Shown: positions 56,291 through 64,000 of the stretch, in pieces | Layout: the number at the start of each line of letters is the position of its first letter | Numbering within the stretch: the first letter of the stretch is position 1 | NCBI GenBank assembly: GCA_964016885.1 | Contig: OZ024741.1 | Span: forward strand, 198,958,001-199,022,000 | Length of the DNA: 64,000 nt | Reading direction: 5' to 3' | Origin: Eledone cirrhosa | Taxonomy: Eukaryota | The notes under the pieces: model-generated | Seen by the model: only the letters and a program-made list of their open reading frames with translations | Told to the model about the DNA's origin: nothing | Database searches by the model: none | Program-made: the position numbers and the translations under genes

Positions 56291-57815
56291 AGTTCCTTAG
56301 AATTAGGTTAATGGTCCACATGTCTGTGGAGTAGTCACATTAATATCATGAGCAGGCTGTGCCATTAATCAAACAACTGGAACACAATAGAAATATGTGG
56401 TAAACCTTATATTATGGTGGTGCATAGTCAGTAAGTAGGGTATAAGGAAAGACAGAGACTTTTACAGCAGAAGATTATATAGAAGTGAAGTAGCTGAAGA
56501 GGATGGTAATGATGATGAAGGTTGAAATTGTTGATTTTTATTGTTCCTCATTGTTGATCCATGGTCTGTATTGATACAACTGTTATCCCTCATGTGAAGT
56601 ATTGGCTGGAAAACAGAAAAGACACGTAATGATAAGCAAATGATAATAAATAATAAGCTATGGCCAGTTGCTATCAGAATTGTGTGGCATAATGCCAGTA
56701 TACAGCAATTTCATTAAATTTTTTTCTTAGTTTCTTCTATAAATAAAGGTGCAGTGGCCAAGAGGTTAACCTTTTCATTACTATATTTCTAATGAAAGAC
56801 ACTGCCTATGATTTTCAAACCATATTGAAAACAAGAATTGGTATTTGCAACAAAGGTTTTTTCATAACATATTTTTTTTTTTAATAAATATAAACACTTT
56901 AAAACAAATAGATTTGTATTGTAGAACTAGGGGCTGGTTTCAGACATTTTGGTGTAAAGAAAACCTAAGTAATGTTTTTCTGCTTTTTTAATTTCTCTTC
57001 TTTTGTGTTTCTGAGGCAGTGAACAAACCTGTAACTTGTAGAGATTTTATGGTTGTTTTTGTCCTTGTTTTATTACATTCTGCATTCAAATTCTGCTGAG
57101 GTCAACTTTGCCTTTCATTCTTCCAAGGTCGATAAAATAAAATACCAGTAATACCCTGGAGTTGATATAATTGACTTTCCCATCCTCCTAAATTTGCTGG
57201 CTTTGTGCCCTAAAGTAGAAACCATTATTAAGTTGTTTGGAACATAGCAAAGGTTCTTAGATAAAACTATGATGGAAAGTTTTTAGATAAATTCAAATAC
57301 TTTAAAACAAATAGTTTCGTATCAGAGTTTCAGGCAGTTTGGTATAAAAAAAGGCTGTCTTAGATGACTAAGTAAGATAGGAACATGGTGTTACGTTGCT
57401 GAATCTTTATTGCTGTAAAGTAGGTGGCGTTTCTACATCACACATGACTAGTTTGTATTAGAAAGAGCAAAGTTATCTTAGCAGGAAAATGAACAAAACT
57501 AGTTTTAAAATATTAGGAAATAGTCAAACAACCAACCATTTAATTATGACATATCAAATCAAAAGGAAATAGTTAACAACCTTCATATAGTTAAGTTAGT
57601 GTTAACATATTTAAGACAAAGAGCATTAAATATTTCAATTAGAAATAACTATATGGTGAGTACAAAAACTAAACAAAACAATATTAATTGGCAGGAGCTA
57701 CAATAAATCCCAACCAAATCAAGCATGCACTATATTCAAATGAACTTCCCTAGCAGATGTTTTATATACATAAGGTATATAAACAATAGTTTATTCTAGT
57801 CTCAGTACTATGTAA

Positions 57816-57864
57816 ATATCACTGATGGTGGATTAAAAGGTCCTGAAACACTAGTGTCTGGTGT
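57816..57864 (+). ncRNA. Hammerhead ribozyme motif (diverged)
   Basis: AUAUCA-CUGAUGG-uGGA..UCCu-GAAAC-ACUAGU-GUC-UGGUGU; palindromic stem III. Confidence 0.55.
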
Positions 57865-57943
57865 TCTCACATGGCTACTAAGATAACTTAAAACAGTTAT
57901 AGCAAGACTTATGTTTATTATATATAAAAATGTTGTATAAAAA

Positions 57944-58217
57944 GGTGATGGATTGGCAGCCTCAGTAGAGCATTGGAGAACATGCTTTGCAGCATATAGT
58001 TAAACATTTGCATATAGTTGCAGCATATAGTTAAACATTTGCATATAGTTGCAGCATATAGTTAAACAATTTTGAGTTCAAATCCCACCAAGGTTAACTT
58101 TGCCTTTGATCCTTCGGGGTTGATAAAATAAGGCACCAGTAATGTACTGGGGGTCGATTTAATTGGCTTTCCCTTTCCCCCAAATTGTTAGCCAGTTGCC
58201 TAAATCAGAAACCATTA
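57944..58217 (+). mobile_element. SINE family B with internal ~31-bp tandem expansion
   Basis: TGCAGCATATAGTTAAACATTTGCATATAGT repeated between the A and B boxes. Confidence 0.75.
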
Positions 58218-59752
58218 TATATAAAAATATTGTGTATACCTCCATTTTCACTTCTATGAAAACAATATTACTTTGATGATTAATGATGTTTTCATTTTGG
58301 CAAGTATGGGAGGCAAATTATCTCCTATACTTGCTGAAATAATTAAAACAATATTAGTGACAAATATATTCTTTTCTCACTGCATAAATATTTCTTCTTT
58401 GTCTTTGATACTCATGATGAAAGAACTGTGCTTATTGTCAGCATGCAGTAAACCCACCCATTAATTCAAGCAGAGTGAAACAAACGTGAAAATGGTGATA
58501 GTGATGAAAGACTGGAAGTATAATATATCTATATTTGGGTCTCTCACCCAATATGTCCATGTTAAATTCTTATGTTTCCCCTCACCTCATTCATACCCTC
58601 TCTCCACTCACCCTTTCATATTTCATCATAATTTTATGTAAGAATTTTTGTTATGTTTCAAACACCAACTTAATAAGGAGAAAATTAGTTATCTTACTAA
58701 ATCCCTCCGAAGATTTGAAAATGTTATATGAGATAGAAAGTGTTAAATATGTTAAAATAATTAGCAATTTTTTGCTTCATAATTTGCCTTTATGTAAGTT
58801 ATTGGGAAGACAAATACTTCATTATTTTTCATTTATAAACATCCACATACATCCTGGATGATAAAATATGTAAAATTTTATAATATTTTGCTGAAATCAT
58901 TACTGATGTTTTCAAAACTTTGCCACAGGCAAATGTCTAAGGCTGGATTTCTGTAAAATTGCACTTATATGACAGAAAAAATGCTTATAAAATGGGTGTT
59001 TTGTGAAGTTATGAGTGAAATGTTATGCTAAAAATTTAAATTCTCATCTTTGTCGATTCTGCAGTTGAAGCAATTGCAGATTGGAACAATACTTCACACA
59101 TATTTTCTGAATCATAACTGCAATTATTTATATCAAGATAAAATATATATTGCAGTTAGATAATAGTTGTAAGAGCAAATAATTTTTTTTAACTGTATTG
59201 AGTGAAGCTTCTTTTCAGTGAATCACTGAAGATGATGTTATCTCAATGGTTTAGTGCTGACTATGATGTCATGTTTTCTCCAATGCATAAGTGGCAACAG
59301 TTCTATTTGAAAATCTTATAATGATTTTTATAATACATTTGTTAACCCTTTTATGACTGTATTGCAATTAATTAATTAAGAATTTTGTGGGATTTACTAA
59401 AACCTGTAATCATTTCAATACATTTGTCCTTGTAAATAGGTATTTCTCCAAAGTTACTCATACATTTAATCTTTAGCTGAACATTTATGTAATTATATCC
59501 TAGAAATAAATTATTAAAACATTATTTTTATCTTTAATCAGTTCCAAGTGTCAGAAATCAACATACACTATAGGGTTTCTTTTACACAAACCATAAATTT
59601 ATCAAAACAAATTTCTCAGTTTGTATGATTGTTCATATATCCAGTAATTCTGGTATATATGACATACTAATGCTGGACTCCCAAAATGAAATATATTCAA
59701 CATTGTTGGTGTCATTATTCAAATCACTGGTCCAGCATATATATATATACAC

Positions 59753-60050
59753 ATCATCGTCACCACCACCACCACCACCATTATCGTTTAACGTCCATCT
59801 TCCATGCAAGCATGGGTTAGATGGGTTTGTCCTATTTAGAGGCAAGTTGGGTTGGGTTACCATATCTCGCTCATATTGGACTGTTTCTGGCTGTTTGCCC
59901 TTCCTAGCACCAACCACATTTACAGTATGTGGTGGCGCTTTTTGCCGTGTCTTTTACATGACCACTTTACAGTGTGGGCTGGGTGCTTTTTGTCATGACA
60001 CTTACATAACCACTTTACAGTGTGGGCTGAATGCATTGTGGTACCAACAT
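59753..60050 (-). mobile_element. RTE 3'UTR fragment
   Basis: CGTTTAACGTCC..CCCTTCCTAGCACC plus subrepeats. Confidence 0.8.
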
Positions 60051-60087
60051 ATCGTTTCTGAATTTGTTTAGCAAAGTATAACAATAT
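60051..60087 (-). mobile_element. 37-bp ends-only derivative of the 47018-48234 fold-back element
   Basis: ATCGTTTCTGAATTTGTTTAGCAA (reverse complement of tail end 48211-48234) fused to AAGTATAACAATAT (arm terminus). Confidence 0.7.
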
Positions 60088-60417
60088 ATATATATATACA
60101 CACACACACACATATATACATATATATATCATGATATATATATATTTGTGTATATACATATATCATCACCAACATTTTACGCCTATTTTCCATGCTAGCA
60201 TGGGTTAGACGAGTTGTCCTGTTGTGGGCAATGCTTGGTCAGGCGACCATGACTTGCTCATACAGGACTGATTCTGGCTTGCTTTCTACAGCTGGATGCC
60301 TTTCCTAATGCTAACCTTACAGTGAGTACTGGGTGCCTACACGACCGCTTTACAGTGTGGGCTGGGGGCTTCACTGGATGCATTTACTTTGGCCTGTCAT
60401 CATATATATATATATAT

Positions 60418-60599
60418 AAAGATATTTTCTCCAATTCTACCCCGCCCGTCCCTTTAATCTATCTAATTTATCATTCTTTCTTCTGATGAAGGACTAGCGT
60501 CCGAAGCGTTAACACCCTCTTCCTGCTATTTCAAGCATTAACCTAATATATTTCTTCCCTATACTGTACCGATTGTGTTGTTATTTCTGTTTACCTTTT

Positions 60600-60600
<1 letters not shown>
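60418..60600 (+). mobile_element. Penelope-like HHR family B copy (HHR 60479-60514, GAAA mutated to GAAG)
   Basis: TCTTCTGATGAAGGACTAGCGTCCGAAGCGTTAACA. Confidence 0.62.
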
Positions 60601-60630
<30 letters not shown>

Positions 60631-60762
60631 ATAATAATAGTAATAATAATAAATGTGAAGACTAAAATCTGAAGAGGGCTCGATAAGTTTCAGAAGATCC
60701 CATTAAGGGTGAAAGCAGTGATTCTTTGCTTAATCTTTAATCTGTTATTTTAATAAATATAA

Positions 60763-60802
<40 letters not shown>

Positions 60803-61631
60803 TATGTATGTAAAATCCCAACTGTGGCGCCAAGCGGTTTCGGCTTGTGTGTTTAGCAAACCATTTCAAGGCTTACACTCTTGAAAAGGTTTGTAGAAGA
60901 TTGGTATTGTCATTTGATATACAATAACTGTTGGAGAAGTCCTACATTTTGTTATATTTGTATAGAATAAATTGAATTAAAGTTTCCTAGTGTTACTGCC
61001 TGGGTTGGGTATTAGTTTTATGACTTTTTTGTTTTACATATTTCATTGGCAATAATTAGTTTCAGCTGAAGGTATATAGAAAAATAGAGCTAAAATGCTA
61101 AAAAAATAATTGATTAACTGAAATTAATATCAAATTTTCATCTGATAATAGACTTAGTAATCGACACTAATACACAGCATTTATAAAAGCCAATACAATT
61201 ATGTAATGTAATATTTTAATGGTACTCTCATTTAATGAACATTTCTACTGCAGATTATGTCATAATTCAATTGCAATCCATTGGTAGTTTGTTCTAAAAA
61301 AATGTTAATTTATTCTAATGGTTCCAATGATTTCCCCATTACCATATTTGGCACAGTCATAACTTTTGGCTGAAGAAGTTTGCTTTGTAACCATGTGGTT
61401 CTGGGCCCAATCTCACTGCATGGCATCATGGGTGAATGTCTTTTTCTACCATAGTCTTGGGTTGACCAATACCTTTGTAGATGGAAACTGTGTGCAAGCC
61501 TGACATCTATCTGTTTCCCCCTCTCTTCTTCTTCTTCTTCTTCTTCTTCTTTGATTGGTTTAGATGAGGTATATACAACCCTCTCTCCCTCCCCTGCTCC
61601 TCTCTCTATGTATATGCGTGTTTGTGTACAC

Positions 61632-61830
61632 AAGTAAATGTTAAGACTGGTTTATGTGATTACATAATCATTTTATTATGAGCATTTCAGTAACTATCTG
61701 ATGATGCCAACACCTGGTGTTATTACAATGCACATAATAAAATGATTAATGTAATCACAAACCAGTCTTAATGTTTATTTCTATAATTATACTCTGTAGT
61801 GTAAAGTGCGATCCCATATCAATGGTAGAC
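61632..61830 (+). mobile_element. Fold-back element (~55-bp imperfect arms, CTGATGA half-HHR in spacer, TATACTCTG tail)
   Basis: Arms 61632-61686 and 61727-61780; AATAAA in right arm. Confidence 0.55.
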
Positions 61831-61946
61831 ACATACTAGTGACATGCAGTGATCTGCTTACGCCATAGTTTGTTTTCATTGAGATGAGGCATACACAACT
61901 CTCAGAAATAAACACTCAAACAAATAATATGTATGTATGTATGTAT

Positions 61947-62190
61947 GTAAAAGGTAAACAGAAATAACAACACAATCAGTACAGTATATGGAAGAAATAT
62001 ATTAGGTTAATGCTTGAAATAGCAGGAAGAGGGTGTTAACATCAGAAGAAAGAATGATAAATTAGAAAGATTGAAGGGACGGCCCGGGCGGAATTTAGAA
62101 AAAATATTTTTAGATAAAAATAACAGGCCCATTCATATTCCCATCTCTTGGAAAACTGTATGCTGGAAACTTTATGCTGGAGTTTTGTGC
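61947..62190 (-). mobile_element. Penelope-like family B copy with the HHR centre deleted
   Basis: Colinear with 40556-40800 but lacking ~20 bp (stem II plus GAAA) at ~62040. Confidence 0.6.
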
Positions 62191-62636
62191 ATAACACACA
62201 CACACACACACACAATGAAATTATATTGATTCCTTAGCTATAACCCCTCGATGTAAATTTGGCACTAAAATACCAAAAACAGAGGGCACTCAAACAACAT
62301 TATTAATATCATGCCTAAAAATATATAATCAAGTAAAACATTAAAATATTACATACAACACTGTTTTTGGTCTTGAAAATACACAATAATCACCACAATT
62401 AAATGGATAATTATCTGAACTTCATCAGTAAAGCAATCTTATTAATTAGACAAGACATTATTTGTCCATAATTAAGTTTGAGTCAAGACACAAACTCACA
62501 TGTTGATATAGCAGCTGGCTGGGCAGTAACTTTCACAGTCTTGGACAGTGGAAGGCAGAGAGGAATGATAAAAAATTCTACTGATATATTGAAAAATCAG
62601 GAGAGTGAATATATAATTGTTTCTACTTCGTTATAT

Positions 62637-63108
62637 ATCATCATCATCATCAACATCATTTTACGTCCGCTTTTCCCTGCTTGCAAGGGTGGGACGGGAA
62701 CTGATGCTGGCTTGATTTCTACAGCTGGATGCCCTTCCTAACACCAACCTCATTTACAGTGAGTGCTGGGTGCTTTTTTTTCCGTGGTGCCTACACGTCC
62801 ACTTTACAGTGTGGGCTGGGTGCTTTTTTGCTGTGGCACCTCCACGACCACTTTGCAGTGGAATGATAGGGACCCCAGTCCCTATCATCTCATTTCTACA
62901 GCTGAGTAAACTGGAGCAATGTGAAATAAAGTGTCTTGCTCAAGGAAACAGCACATCACTCCGTCTGAGAATTGAACTCACAACCTTTCGATTGCAAGGC
63001 CAATGCTCTAACCACTAAGCCATGTGCTGTAGAAATCAAGCCAGAATCAGTTCCCGTCCCACCCTTGCAAGCAGGGAAAAGCGGATGTAAAATGATGATG
63101 ATGATGAT
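62637..63108 (-). mobile_element. SINE-A (minus, 62637-63027) fused head-on to an inverted copy of its own 3' tail (plus, 63026-63108)
   Basis: (CAT)n at left end, (GAT)n at right end; GC microhomology at junction. Confidence 0.85.
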
Positions 63109-63260
63109 ATATATATATGAAAAGATTCAGGACTCCGATGGCTGAGCTCCAGCCATTTCGACAGCTAGATCCGAACTATATATATATGCCAATTTTGTCA
63201 TTGAGTGAATACCAGACAATGTGATCAATATTATTGTATATTGAACAAAATTATTCATAT

Positions 63261-63608
63261 ATCATCATCATCATCATCATTTCATTTTACGTCCGCTTTT
63301 TCCCTGCTTGCAAGGGTGGGACGGGAACTGATGCTGGCTTGATTTCTACAGCTGGATGCCCTTCCTAACACCAACCTCATTTACAGTGAGTGCTGGGTGC
63401 TTTTTTGCCGTGGCACCTCCACGACCACTTTACAGTGGAATGATAGGGACCCTAGTCCCTATCATCTCATTTCTACAGCTGAGTAAACTGGAGCAATGTG
63501 AAATAAAGTGTCTTGCTCAAGGAAACAACACATCACCCGGTCTGAGAATTGAACTCACAACCTTTCGATTGCAAGGCCAATGCTCTAACCACTAAGCCAT
63601 GTGCCTCC
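63261..63608 (-). mobile_element. SINE-A full length (one subrepeat)
   Basis: Homolog of 49009-49396. Confidence 0.88.
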
Positions 63609-63634
63609 ATGTATATATATATATGATATTATTT

Positions 63635-63825
63635 AGCAGTGGTCTGGCAGTATCAGTAGAGTGTCAGACACCATGCTTTGCAGCATAGGAGTTATAGCGT
63701 TTAACGGTCTGAGTTCAAATCCCGCCAAGGTTAACTTTGTCTTTCATCCTCACGGGGTCGATAAAATAAAGTACCAGTAATGCACTGAGGTAATTGCTGG
63801 CCTTGTGCCAAAAGTAGAAACAATT
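63635..63825 (+). mobile_element. SINE family B
   Basis: Full-length homolog of 15525-15714. Confidence 0.85.
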
Positions 63826-63840
63826 ATATATTTATGTTCA

Positions 63841-64000
63841 TACATGGAGCAAAGCCGCTACCCAACTTTTCAAGGCCCAAATTTGACCATACCTCCAGAA
63901 AACAAGAGGCATTAAAAGAGTGATCTTTCTTCAGGTGCTAAAATGATCACTAATTTGATGCTTCTTGTTTTCAGGAGGTTTGGTCAAATTTGGGCCTTGA
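63841..64000. mobile_element. Palindromic MITE-like element running off the window end
   Basis: Imperfect arms 63870-63926 and 63945-64000; starts TA-CATGGAG. Confidence 0.55.

Overview
This is AT-rich animal genomic DNA made almost entirely of repeats. The repeat repertoire suggests an octopus or other coleoid, but that is inference. No host protein-coding gene is recognisable, apart from one candidate 38-bp micro-exon. The window holds kilobase-scale (TA)n-derived arrays with nested insertions: a 5'-truncated CR1-group LINE (719-2816), an intact full-length RTE-clade LINE (5251-9633; APE + RT + PHD-like finger), and a second full-length RTE family with one premature stop (21672-25861). There are also many RTE 3' fragments, a tRNA/CORE SINE whose tail is borrowed from the second RTE, a second tRNA-derived SINE family, TTAA-flanked piggyBac-like MITEs and a 200-N gap. 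The most notable signal is a set of non-coding fold-back elements built as inverted arm + direct arm + short unique tail. They carry hammerhead-ribozyme (HHR) motifs, sit in (TA)n, and look Penelope-like. The largest is a 1.2-kb palindrome (47018-48234) whose arms each hold an ETS/NRF1/YY1 promoter-like cassette followed by an HHR; a 37-bp ends-only derivative lies at 60051. About a dozen intact or degenerate HHR motifs from at least five sequence families occur in the 64 kb. Both full-length RTEs also begin with a 5' direct-repeat (R-spacer-R) leader.
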